A stretch of 64,000 bases of DNA, taken from an uncultured Pseudomonadota bacterium. Its GTDB lineage: Bacteria; Oederibacteriota; Muellerivitia; Muellerivitales; Muellerivitaceae. This document shows positions 41,393-51,122 of this stretch, one piece after another (positions within the stretch are counted from its first letter, which is position 1; every line of letters starts with the position of its first letter). Both the position numbers and the translations under genes were made by a program. The stretch spans positions 384,001 through 448,000 of the forward strand of contig CAWJKT010000004.1 in NCBI GenBank assembly GCA_963843375.1. The letters are read 5' to 3'. The notes under the pieces were generated by a model that was not told the origin of the DNA, did not search any database, and saw only the letters and a program-made list of their open reading frames with translations.

Positions 41393-42325
41393 TTAAACCG
41401 GTATGGTAAGACCCTCGTAAGCGCAGATGGTATTGGCGAAAAGGTTCTTGGCGTCCTCTTCCTTGCGCAGGATAAAGGCGTCGTCATGGTTGGGATCGTG
41501 ATGGTAGAGCACCAACTGCTTCACGCCCGCTTCCTTGGCCACGAAACAGGCCATTTCGGGAGTGGAATGTCCGTAGCCCTGAGTGGAGACGGCCCCGGTG
41601 TATTGTTCCATCGTATATTGGGCGTCATGGATCAGAAGGTCCGCGCCCTTGGAAAACTGAATCAACCTGCGGTCGCCCGCGGCGTAACTCTCGATATCCG
41701 TGGCGTAAACCACCGATTTTCCAGCATATTGTAATTTGTAAACCAAGGTTCCATTCTTGGGATGATTGTAAGCGCGATATTGGCTCACAATAACCTTGTC
41801 CTTAAAACTCGCCTTGAAATCCGTCTGCAAATTCACCAATTCGGCTTCGGCTCCTTCCGCCAGGAGAATCTGGTCGAAAGGCTTGAGGGTGGCAATTTTC
41901 TTGATGGAATGAGTTTCCTTCAGGTCGACAGGAAAGAACATCTGGTCCATCATCATATCCAACACGTATTCCAAGCCGGTTTTGGAGTCCACCGGCCCAT
42001 AACCCGAGGGTCCGAAAAGAGAGATGGAGGAATCCCCGATATAAAGGGGGGGGAAAAAAGGAAGTCCCATGATGTGGTCATGATGGGTATGGGTAATCAA
42101 GATGGTCGTGACGAGGCGCTTCATCTTGTCGCGGTTGGCGAAGAAGTTTCGGACCAACTGCTGTCCTGCCTGAACGATTCCGGTGCCAGCGTCCAGGAAC
42201 AGGGTATGGTCCAAGACATTCACTTGAACGCAGGAGGAGTTGCCGCCGATCTTGAGTGTTGTCGGACCGGGGACAGGGATGCTTCCGCGAACTCCCCGGA
42301 ACGTTATAGTGAAATCGTGGGCCAT
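41393..42325 (-). CDS. MBL-fold metallo-hydrolase (RNase Z/phosphodiesterase-like)
   Basis: GVRGSIP, DAGTG, THTHHDHIMG, HDAQY, GHST, YHHDP. Confidence 0.92.
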   Translation of the reverse strand: MAHDFTITFRGVRGSIPVPGPTTLKIGGNSSCVQVNVLDHTLFLDAGTGIVQAGQQLVRNFFANRDKMKRLVTTILITHTHHDHIMGLPFFPPLYIGDSSISLFGPSGYGPVDSKTGLEYVLDMMMDQMFFPVDLKETHSIKKIATLKPFDQILLAEGAEAELVNLQTDFKASFKDKVIVSQYRAYNHPKNGTLVYKLQYAGKSVVYATDIESYAAGDRRLIQFSKGADLLIHDAQYTMEQYTGAVSTQGYGHSTPEMACFVAKEAGVKQLVLYHHDPNHDDAFILRKEEDAKNLFANTICAYEGLTIPV

Positions 42326-42462
42326 TCAACTCCTTTGAGGTTGAAACCTGCTTTTGAAATTTGCCATATTATTTCCAAAAAAAACCAGTTTGGCAATCAT
42401 TTCAGGACGCAAACGAGGCTATTCGTTAACCAAACCCTGCTGGAAACCCCGAAGAAGGTCGA

Positions 42463-42633
42463 TCAGGGCTCCCAAAGGGCCCGCGGTCCGCAGTTTTCGC
42501 AGGGTGGAGCGTTGTCACCTGCCTTGAAGTAACGGTTTATGATGCGGTTCTCGTTGGCACAAGTCACGCAAAGATGCGGCCCCGTGTAGAGGAACTTCTC
42601 ACCCGGTTTGCGGGCCGAGATATCGATGTTCAT
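42463..42633 (-). CDS. small zinc-ribbon protein (YjzC/DUF1451-like)
   Basis: 56 aa KPGEK..TG...CVTC...GD..PPCENC...W; GGAG RBS. Confidence 0.65.
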   Translation of the reverse strand: MNIDISARKPGEKFLYTGPHLCVTCANENRIINRYFKAGDNAPPCENCGPRALWEP

Positions 42634-42708
42634 TTTATTTTTATTCTCCGGGTTATAAGGCGTACCGGAAGGTAATGTTTCCAAAAGATTCTCGCTTTGT
42701 ATGGAATG

Positions 42709-42738
42709 AAAAAGCCCCGTCTCAAAGAGACAGGGCTT
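42709..42738 (-). terminator. intrinsic terminator after aconitase
   Basis: AAGCCCTGTCTC-ttt-GAGACGGGGCTTTTT on the minus strand. Confidence 0.75.
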
Positions 42739-42761
42739 GGGGTAAAGCGGATTTTTTCTTC

Positions 42762-44768
42762 TTACTTTACTTTTTCTTTTTTGGAAGATTTGGCTTTTTC
42801 CGTTGGAGCGGGGATGGCCGCGGCTTCCGCACTTTTCTGCTTGGTCCAATTCAAAAGACCGCCGGCCAGGATGATCTCCTGTTGGCGGCCGGTCAAGCCG
42901 TGGACCACTTGAATGGACTTGCCGCTGGTCAGGTTCTTCACCGGGAAGGGATGGTCGACCTTGATGACTTGTTTCAAATCCGGAATCTCAAGCTGATCCC
43001 CCTGTGAAATCCCGTCATAGTCGGCGGCCTGCACGAAGGTGAGGGGCAGGATGCCGAAGTTGACCAGGTTGGCTCGGTGGATGCGGGCGAAACTTTTCAC
43101 GATGACCGCCTTCAAACCCAGGTACATGGGCGCCAGGGCCGCGTGCTCTCGGGAAGAGCCCTGCCCGTAATTATCGCCTCCCACCACGAAGCTTTTTCCA
43201 GCCTCCTTGGCCCTCTTGGGATAGGTGGGATCGATGATGTTGAACACAAATTCTGAGATCGCCGGGATATTCGAGCGCAAGGGCAATACCTTGGAGCCCG
43301 CCGGCATGATGTGGTCAGTCGTGATGTTGTCGGCGACTTTCAAAACGACGGGGCCCTGCAGGGTGTCGGCCAAGGGTTCGTTTACGGGCAGCGGTTTGAT
43401 ATTCGGGCCGCGCACGACCTCGACCTTCTTTGGATCCTTGGCGGGGGGGATAATGCCGTCGTCATCCCAAACGAACTTGTCGGGGATCTCAACCTTGGGT
43501 GCCTTGCCCAGGGTGGAGGGGTCGGTGATTTTTCCGGCCAGGGCGCAGGCTACGCACGTTTCAGGGGAGGCCAGGTAAACCTTAGCGTCACGCGTACCTG
43601 ATCGGCCCTCGAAATTGCGGTTGAAACTGCGGATAGAAACGCCTCCGGATGGAGGGGCTTGGCCCATGCCAATACAAGGCCCGCAGGCGGATTCGATTAT
43701 GCGGGCACCGGAGGAAATAATATCTGCCAGGGCCCCGTTTTTTGCGATCATCTCGAAAACCTGCTTGGAACCGGGTGTGACGGTCATGGATACATTGGGG
43801 TGGATATGCTTGCCCTTAAGCATCTTGGCGACCATCATTAGGTCACTATAAGAACTGTTGGTGCAGGAACCCACGCAAACCTGCTGAACGTCAATGTTCT
43901 TGAGCTTTGAAACCTCAATCACGTTGTCCGGGCTGTGGGGCTGGGCAAGGAGAGGTTCCAGCTTATTCAAGTCGATAATGAGTTCCTCATCGTAAGTCGC
44001 TCCGGGGTCGGCGGCTAAAGGCGTCCAGTCCTTGGCCCGCCCCTGGGCCTTCATATATTCACGGGTATTCTCATCGGAGGGGAAGATGGAGGTCGTGGCT
44101 CCCAGTTCGGCTCCCATATTGGTAATGGTGGCCCGAGCTGTTGCCGAGAGGCTCTTGACCCCCTGGCCGGTATATTCCAGGATTTTGCCCACTCCACCTT
44201 TGACCGTCAGTTTTCTTAGTACTTCCAGAATGATGTCCTTGGCGGTGACCCAGGGCTGGAGCTTGCCCTTGAGTTCCACCCTTAAGACCTTGGGCATCGT
44301 CATATAGAAGGGTCCGCCGCCCATGGCCACAGCCACATCCAAGCCGCCGGCACCGATAGCCAATTCCCCCACCCCCCCGCAAGTCGGAGTATGGGAATCG
44401 GAACCCAAGAGTGTCTGGCCGGGGATGGCAAAGCGTTCCAGGTGCACTTGGTGGCAAATGCCGTTGCCGGGGCGGGAAAAGTAAATGCCGTGTTTGGCGG
44501 CCACGGATTGCAGGTAACGATGGTCATCGGCGTTCTCAAAGCCGGTTTGTAGCATATTGTGGTCGACGTAGGAAACAGAAAGCTTGGTGTGGACTTGGGG
44601 AACCCCAATGGCCTCAAATTGAAGGTAAGCCATAGTGCCGGTGGCATCCTGGGTGAGAGTTTGGTCGATCTTGATGCCCACTTCCTCCCCTCCCACGGGA
44701 TTACCCGAAACCAGGTGGGCGTTAATGATCTTTTGAACTAGGTTAAACCGCTTTTCATTTGCCGCCAT
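42762..44768 (-). CDS. acn: aconitate hydratase
   Basis: QDATGTMA, GICHQVH, DSHT, GSCTNS, CGPCIG, SFNRNFEGR, GSSREHA. Confidence 0.95.
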   Translation of the reverse strand: MAANEKRFNLVQKIINAHLVSGNPVGGEEVGIKIDQTLTQDATGTMAYLQFEAIGVPQVHTKLSVSYVDHNMLQTGFENADDHRYLQSVAAKHGIYFSRPGNGICHQVHLERFAIPGQTLLGSDSHTPTCGGVGELAIGAGGLDVAVAMGGGPFYMTMPKVLRVELKGKLQPWVTAKDIILEVLRKLTVKGGVGKILEYTGQGVKSLSATARATITNMGAELGATTSIFPSDENTREYMKAQGRAKDWTPLAADPGATYDEELIIDLNKLEPLLAQPHSPDNVIEVSKLKNIDVQQVCVGSCTNSSYSDLMMVAKMLKGKHIHPNVSMTVTPGSKQVFEMIAKNGALADIISSGARIIESACGPCIGMGQAPPSGGVSIRSFNRNFEGRSGTRDAKVYLASPETCVACALAGKITDPSTLGKAPKVEIPDKFVWDDDGIIPPAKDPKKVEVVRGPNIKPLPVNEPLADTLQGPVVLKVADNITTDHIMPAGSKVLPLRSNIPAISEFVFNIIDPTYPKRAKEAGKSFVVGGDNYGQGSSREHAALAPMYLGLKAVIVKSFARIHRANLVNFGILPLTFVQAADYDGISQGDQLEIPDLKQVIKVDHPFPVKNLTSGKSIQVVHGLTGRQQEIILAGGLLNWTKQKSAEAAAIPAPTEKAKSSKKEKVK

Positions 44769-45019
44769 GAATGCCTCCAATAGGTATATATATGAAATAA
44801 GGATGAACAGCCTGTTTTTAGAAGGGCCCATTATGGGTCGGGGCCACCGCCCAATTCAACCCTATTAAGATTTACTGAAGTTAACAGTGAAACCAAACAG
44901 ATTTCCCTATTCGTTTTGCCTTGAAACCTATCCTAAACGCTTAAAACCAACCGTGAAAACAGGACGGTCCTTTAAATTTAAGGAAGGGACGTTTATTTTA
45001 TGTTAAAGAGAGGGAAGAT

Positions 45020-45229
45020 ATGACGACAACCACTTTAAAAATCCAAGGAATGACCTGTGACCATTGCGTCCATGTGGTCCAACAGGTCTTATCTTTACTT
45101 CCTGGGGTGAAAGGGGCACAAGTGAGTTTGAGCCAAAAACAAGCCTTGGTTGAGTCCGAAGTCCCTCTGGACTTATCAGCGGCGATCCAAGCCCTTGAGG
45201 AAGAGGGTTATCAAGCGCATGTCTCTTGA
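45020..45229 (+). CDS. copZ: copper chaperone (HMA domain)
   Basis: GMTCDHC. Confidence 0.88.
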   Translation: MTTTTLKIQGMTCDHCVHVVQQVLSLLPGVKGAQVSLSQKQALVESEVPLDLSAAIQALEEEGYQAHVS

Positions 45230-47431
45230 GACTCTCGTCGAACCAAAAGTTTCCTCTAAAAGTCCATCTGGTTCTGTCATCCTTTCAGTGGAAGGAATGA
45301 CCTGCGCTTCTTGTGCCGCCCGCATCGAGCGAAAGTTGAGGGCCGTTCCCGGGGTCCAAGAGGCGGTTGTCAACTTTGCCTCCCAAAAAGCCTATGTCCA
45401 AACGGAATCAGAAATTCCCGTTGAAATCCTTGAATCTGTCGTCGAAAAAGCCGGATATTTGGCCAAACCCTATCTTCCCGAACAAAGGACTTACCGGATG
45501 TACCAGGCCGAGCAAAATCGGCTGGGGTGGCGCCTTATTCTAGGCGGCTTGCTCATCCTTCCTTTCCTTGCAGAACATTTATTCATGTTTTGGAAGCCAT
45601 TTCAAATCCCATTGTGGCTCCAAAGCCTCCTCGCGGCGCCGGTTTTTCTCTTCGTCGGCTGGCCCTTCCACCAAGCCGCATTAAGAGGGTTGCGGTATGG
45701 AGAAGTGACCATGGACACGCTCATTTCCCTGAGTTCCTCAGTCGCCTTTTTCGCCTCCCTTCCAGCTTTGGTGGGAATTTCAGTGGATGTTTATTTTGAC
45801 GCCGGCAGCCTTATCCTCTTTTTTGTGACCCTAGGAAGGTATCTGGAGATTTTCTCCAAGCGGCGGGCCAACCGGGCGCTGGAACTGTTGACGGACCTAC
45901 AACCCCGTGTGGCCCATGTGATTAAGGAAACCCACCAGATCGACGTGCCGGTCGAAATGGTGATCTTAGGGAACACCCTTTGCGTCAGGCCGGGTGAAGC
46001 GATTCCGGTGGACGGGAACGTTCTTGAAGGGAAGGGACGGGTGGATGAGTCCCTCTTGACAGGGGAATCGATCCCCGTTGAAAAGCGGCCGGGCAGTCCG
46101 CTTTTCGCCGGGACCATCAATGGAACCACCACTCTGAACATGAAAGCCTGGGCGACGGGGGCGGATACGGCTTTGGCCCATATCATTCGCCTGGTGGAAG
46201 AAGCCCAGGGTTCCAAGGCTCCCATTCAGAAAACGGCGGATAGGGCCGCGGCGGTTTTCGTGCCCGTGGTTTTAATCCTGGCCCTTTTCACTGCGATGGG
46301 TTGGATTCTAGTGGCCGGCCATCCGGTTACTCAAGGGCTTGCAGAGGGCGGTTTCAGTGATGGTCATCGCCTGTCCCTGCGCCCTCGGGTTGGCGACCCC
46401 CATCGCCCTGATGGTGGGCATCGGGGTGGCCGCCAAACGAAGCATCCTCATCCGTCGGGCGGAAGTGCTGGAAAAATCCACCCAATTGGACGTGATGGTT
46501 TTCGACAAGACGGGTACCCTCACCGAGGGAAAACCTCGACTGGTGGACTTGTTGGCCCTGGACGGTGAGCAGGAAGAAAAACTCCTTCGTTACGCGGCGG
46601 CCCTGGAAAAAGGGACGAACCACCCCTTGGCATCGGCCGTGTTGAGGGAAGCGATGGTTTTGGACCTGATCCTGCCCAACGTCGAGCGCGCGGTGGAGAC
46701 GGCAGGAGCGGGCGTGCAAGGTTTTGTCGAGGGGCGTGAGGTGGCCATCGGAACCAAGGCCTTCATCGAATCCCTGGAGGGAGTGGTACCCTCCACCCAA
46801 GTTCGGGCCAATGTCGAAGCCTACCGCCAGGGGGGCCAAACCGTTTCCCTTATGGCATTGGATAGGAAGATCGTCCGGCATATTCGTGATGGAAGACCCG
46901 CCCCGAGCCGATTCCAAGGAGGTGATCGGCCGCCTCAAAGGACTGGGGTTCCAGGTCCATCTCCTGACCGGCGACGGGGAAGTGGTGGCTGAAAGGGTGG
47001 GTCGAGAGCGTCGGGGTGGATGTGGTCCGGGCTAACATGAACCCCCAAGGTAAACTGGATTACATCCGTGAACTCCAAAAGAAGGGCCTTCGAAGGTGGC
47101 AATGGTGGGGGACGGTTACAACGACGCAGCGGCTTTAACCGCGGCAGACCTGGGGATCGCAATGGGGTCGGGTACGGATGTAGCCAAGGAATCGGGAGAT
47201 ATGGTGCTCATCCAGGGCGGGCTTTACAAGGTTATCGAAGCGCTCCAGGTTTCCCGCGCGACTTTTGCCATCATCCGGCAGAATCTCTTCTGGGCCTTTG
47301 CCTATAATTTGGTGGCCCTGCCCTTGGCCATCTTCGCTTCTGTGCCTCCTACCCTTGCTGCTTTGGCTATGTCTTTGTCTTCGATTTCGGTCGTGCTGAA
47401 CGCGCTGAGACTTTATGGGAAAAGATTTTAA
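45219..47431 (+). CDS. copA: Cu(I)-translocating P1B ATPase (about 4 frameshifts)
   Basis: GMTCASC, TGES, CPC, DKTGT, HPLA, TGD, GDG.NDA, YN and MSLSS; frame changes near 46335, 46876, 47010, 47090. Confidence 0.9.
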
Positions 47432-47682
47432 ACAATAACCGAGTTGTCAAAGACGGGGATTTGCCAAACAAAAGAAAAAGACACGCCAAAGCTTGCCCAC
47501 CGGGGAATGTCCATTGTTCATGTAAGCTTATTTCCCTTCTATCGTGAAAAAATGGCTTGATCGTAAATAAACAGGATGAAGCTTTTCAAATGAATTAAGG
47601 CATCCGGAGGACTGGATTGGACAAAGCTTTTACACTGTTTTTTATTTTGAAGGTCGAGCGGGACGGTTAAAGGCCCTAAAAT

Positions 47683-47712
47683 AAACAAGGGGCCAGCTTG
47701 GCCCCTTGTGTT
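47683..47712. terminator. hairpin terminator between convergent genes
   Basis: CAAGGGGCCA-gct-TGGCCCCTTG. Confidence 0.7.
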
Positions 47713-47721
47713 CGAATGAGG

Positions 47722-48885
47722 TTAGTCCGACTCGGCTGTTTCGGAATTGTAAGCATTGCCTTCGGCATCGAACAAGTCGTAAGAACCATCGTTTAATTTC
47801 AACATGATTTCCAGAGGCCTGCCGTTGTCCAGGTTCGAATATTGAACACTTTGGACACCCGAAGCCAGATAAACAGGCTCAAAGGCCTGCGGATTGGCCG
47901 TATCATACAAGAAAGCGTCCCCGTCACCTGGTACGACTTTCACCATCCTCTTGCTGTCGGGGCTGTTATAAACCAAGTCGGTTGATTGCTCGGCGCCCGT
48001 CACAACCACCTGGTCATCCGCAGAATTGGCGGGGATATAGTTGTCATCGTCATAAACATAAAGCTCCCCCACGTGATAGGGATCCTGCCACCACCAATAA
48101 TTGTCGTTATAGAAACACCAGCGGTTAAAGCCAGGGTCATACCACCACCAACGGCCATCGTAATTTCGGGTCCAAAAAAACTGGTCACCCGCGTACCAGC
48201 CATACCATTGATAACCCGAATTATCGATAAAGTGGGAGTAGCTAAAACCACCGTCGGTATGCCAATAAACATGGTTTCTTTGGGTTTCATTGGCGTTTTC
48301 CCGGTCGATGCGCTGCATATAGGCCGGACGATTCACGACCGACATCTGGTTGCGCACCACGCTTCCATTAAATTGCCGGGGAGAAACCATCGATCCCTTG
48401 AAAGGCTCGCCTTTTGGGCCTGTGGAAGGATTACCAATCATCGAATGGGCGCGATCCGTGGAAACTATCTCGGAACGGTCGGCAATGTATTTGGGTTCGG
48501 TCTTCACGCCGATTTTCGACAACTTCTTACGGACATAACCCTGTTTATAGGCATGGTGATGAACGGCGGTAGCCGACCGTACTCCCGGCACGTGAGCGGT
48601 ACTCGATGGCCGAACGGCATGTGTTTTTGGAGCCGTCTGGATCCTCTGAGTTTGGCTATAGGAGGGATGGTATGCCGGGTGATAAGTATTGTCACCACTG
48701 TAGTGATTCATTTGAATCCGCACCGGCTGACGGGCTTGTGTCGAGGAATGCGTAAATGATCTGCCGCGACTATCGCCATCTCCACCGCGACTTTCTCCAC
48801 CCCTTCCAGCATGTTCTTCCGCAAAACAAACGGCAACGCCTAGAAAAAGAACGAACAACCAAGATAAACAGGTGATTTGTTTCAT
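47722..48885 (-). CDS. secreted protein with low-complexity N-terminus and Trp/Tyr-rich domain
   Basis: Signal peptide; WYGWY...FFWTRNY.GRWWWYD...WWWQDP. Confidence 0.75.
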   Translation of the reverse strand: MKQITCLSWLFVLFLGVAVCFAEEHAGRGGESRGGDGDSRGRSFTHSSTQARQPVRIQMNHYSGDNTYHPAYHPSYSQTQRIQTAPKTHAVRPSSTAHVPGVRSATAVHHHAYKQGYVRKKLSKIGVKTEPKYIADRSEIVSTDRAHSMIGNPSTGPKGEPFKGSMVSPRQFNGSVVRNQMSVVNRPAYMQRIDRENANETQRNHVYWHTDGGFSYSHFIDNSGYQWYGWYAGDQFFWTRNYDGRWWWYDPGFNRWCFYNDNYWWWQDPYHVGELYVYDDDNYIPANSADDQVVVTGAEQSTDLVYNSPDSKRMVKVVPGDGDAFLYDTANPQAFEPVYLASGVQSVQYSNLDNGRPLEIMLKLNDGSYDLFDAEGNAYNSETAESD

Positions 48886-48945
48886 GTTACCCCTTTTTTA
48901 TTATCCACTTTTGATGCGTTCGTCGATCATCAAGCAGATAGGTAA

Positions 48946-48961
48946 AGCAAGAATTGAGCCC
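48946..48961 (-). promoter_or_regulatory. sigma54 -24/-12 promoter
   Basis: GGGCTCAATTCTTGCT (GG-N10-GC). Confidence 0.7.
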
Positions 48962-49000
48962 GTAAAATATTCGGTAATTCCGAAAGCCGCCGCTTTAGGC

Positions 49001-49033
49001 GATCAGAACGATAGCCTTATTCTCATTTTGGGT
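49001..49033. promoter_or_regulatory. paired upstream activator motif, copy 1
   Basis: GATCAGAACGATA-N7-TCTCATTTTGGGT. Confidence 0.6.
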
Positions 49034-49092
49034 TTCAACCGCTTTAAAAACCAAACAACGAACCTATTCCACTTTTAAAACCACTAGGCCCA

Positions 49093-49108
49093 TGGCTTGC
49101 TTCTTGCT
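49093..49108 (+). promoter_or_regulatory. sigma54 -24/-12 promoter
   Basis: TGGCTTGCTTCTTGCT; an overlapping alternative AGGCCCATGGCTTGCT starts at 49086. Confidence 0.65.
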
Positions 49109-49173
49109 TTTAATCCTAGATTCCCCACTTGAGCTTGGCCTCAAGTCGCTAAATTTCACAAAGGAGAACGTAT

Positions 49174-49956
49174 ATGAGATATATGACGCTGACATTGATC
49201 TCGATCATGGGGTTGGTAACGGTTTCGACTGTTGTGGTTTTGGCCGGGGATTCCTCCCCGGTGTCAAATGAAAATCATTCCACCGAAAAAAAGTCCGCGC
49301 AAGGGAATGTCCAATGGTATGAAAAAGCCGCTGAAACGATCGGTCCAGTGGACGGCATGGCCTCCAAGGGTGAAGACAATCTCACTCTACAAGCGGGAAG
49401 TATCGCTTACATGGAGGGAAACTCCACTTTGCATAAGTACCAGATGAACGCTACTGCTTTGAAAGGTTCGGCACTTTTGAAAGCCTCCTCAAAAGATCTG
49501 GTCAAGGCTCTCAAGAATGGGAAAGTGGGTGCCATGACTTTCATGGTTCCGCTCATCAGCTTCAAGTCGAAGGACTCGGGTCTGGATAAAAACGCTTATA
49601 AAGCCCTTAAAGCCAAGGACGATCCAGAGATCAAGTTTCTATTAACAAGTGAAACCTTGAAACCCGGCAAGGACGCCGACACTTATGTGATGACTGCCAA
49701 AGGCAGCCTAGCGGTAGCAGGCGAGACAATTCCTATTATTCTTACCGCTGATACGACGTTCAAGGGAGACCAGGTCCGCCTTAAAGGAACACAACAGTTG
49801 AAATTTACGGATTTCAAAATCAAGCCTCCGTCTGCCTCGATTTTGTTTGTTACGATCACCTGCACCGATGAGTTCGAGGTTCATTATGACGTGACCTTCG
49901 GGCCAAGTAAGAGTGGAAACAAGGTGGTGGAGATTACAGGTAGTCGAGGCGGCTGA
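49174..49956 (+). CDS. YceI-family secreted protein
   Basis: GNSTLH, FKSKDSGLD..AYKALKA..PEIKF, GSLAVAG, DFKIKPP. Confidence 0.85.
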   Translation: MRYMTLTLISIMGLVTVSTVVVLAGDSSPVSNENHSTEKKSAQGNVQWYEKAAETIGPVDGMASKGEDNLTLQAGSIAYMEGNSTLHKYQMNATALKGSALLKASSKDLVKALKNGKVGAMTFMVPLISFKSKDSGLDKNAYKALKAKDDPEIKFLLTSETLKPGKDADTYVMTAKGSLAVAGETIPIILTADTTFKGDQVRLKGTQQLKFTDFKIKPPSASILFVTITCTDEFEVHYDVTFGPSKSGNKVVEITGSRGG

Positions 49957-50081
49957 AAAAATTATCAAGGGATCTTATTTCTTTGAACCTCTTTTCTGAA
50001 ATGACCATGACCGGAGGTTGTCCCCTTGGCGAGCGGCCATTTCTTCGTAAATTAATTTAACAAGCAAGTAAAGGCATCAAA

Positions 50082-50783
50082 GTGTTCCACTGGCTGCAGT
50101 CCCTGCTCACCCATAACGGTTATTGGGTCGTTTTTCTGGTAGTGTTTTTGAACAACCTTTGCTTTCCTGTTCCAGGAGATTCGATGTTGTTGGGGGGCGG
50201 CTTTCTTGGGGAAAAGGGAATTCTTTCCTTGTGGGCCGTGATTGCCGCCGGTACGCTGGGGTGCTTTTTGGGTGGTAACGGCGGTTATTGGCTTGGGTGG
50301 CGTTTTGGACGTCGTTTTTTGGAAAAAAATCGCTGGCTCCAGGTTACTCCCGAAAGGGAGGAACAAATGGATCGTTTTTTCGCCAAATTCGGGGCAAAAG
50401 TTGTTTTTTTTGCACGGTTCGTGGCCTTGCTTCACCCTGTAACCGGCATCCTGGCAGGCATTGGGAAAACGCCTTTCCGCCCTTTTCTTTTTTACAACTT
50501 AATAGGAGCCTTTAGCTATTCCGCCCTCTACGCTATCGTGGGATATTTTTTTGGGCAAAGATGGGAACTTTTCAAAAGCTGGATCGGTCCTGTCGCGCTT
50601 TACACGCTTCTGATTGCCGCGGCTCTCTTTTCCCTTAGTTTGTTTTTGCAGCACTCGATTCGTGCTTTTTTTGCCGGGCTTTCCTCAAAAAAAAATCCCA
50701 CCAAAACCATAGTGAAAAAAGCCCCAAAAACTTCCCGTGAGGGTTCTTTAAACCACCCTTCATGGGTGGAAAAGAAACCATAA
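50082..50783 (+). CDS. DedA family membrane protein
   Basis: PVPGDSMLL..GF, LG...GYWLG..FG, VFFARF. Confidence 0.92.
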   Translation: MFHWLQSLLTHNGYWVVFLVVFLNNLCFPVPGDSMLLGGGFLGEKGILSLWAVIAAGTLGCFLGGNGGYWLGWRFGRRFLEKNRWLQVTPEREEQMDRFFAKFGAKVVFFARFVALLHPVTGILAGIGKTPFRPFLFYNLIGAFSYSALYAIVGYFFGQRWELFKSWIGPVALYTLLIAAALFSLSLFLQHSIRAFFAGLSSKKNPTKTIVKKAPKTSREGSLNHPSWVEKKP

Positions 50784-51122
50784 ATGGAAAAGCCTATCAA
50801 ATCGAGAGTTCCTCAGCTAAGAAAATTAACAAAGAATTGTAAAGGACTTGCCGTTTTATTGTTGGGGAGGAGTACAATCATATTGATCAAACGGCCATCA
50901 ATCCGATGGTCCACGGCCCCGGCGAATGTCCCAAGGGAATCCGAACCAATCTTTAAACCTCAATTTGGTTCAACCAACTCGGCCTTTTCAAATCACTATC
51001 ATTTAAATAAATATTTGGTGGATGTAGAAACGTCCCGCAAAAATCCCGGTCAATCTGACGGAAGTCATAATCCAAAATTTCTCGAATGAAAAAATGAGCA
51101 AGATCCTTGAAGGGAGCTGTTT

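Noticed and set aside
45219..47431. Programmed frameshifting in copA
   Set aside because: Four scattered breaks in the catalytic half without slippery heptamers; error more likely
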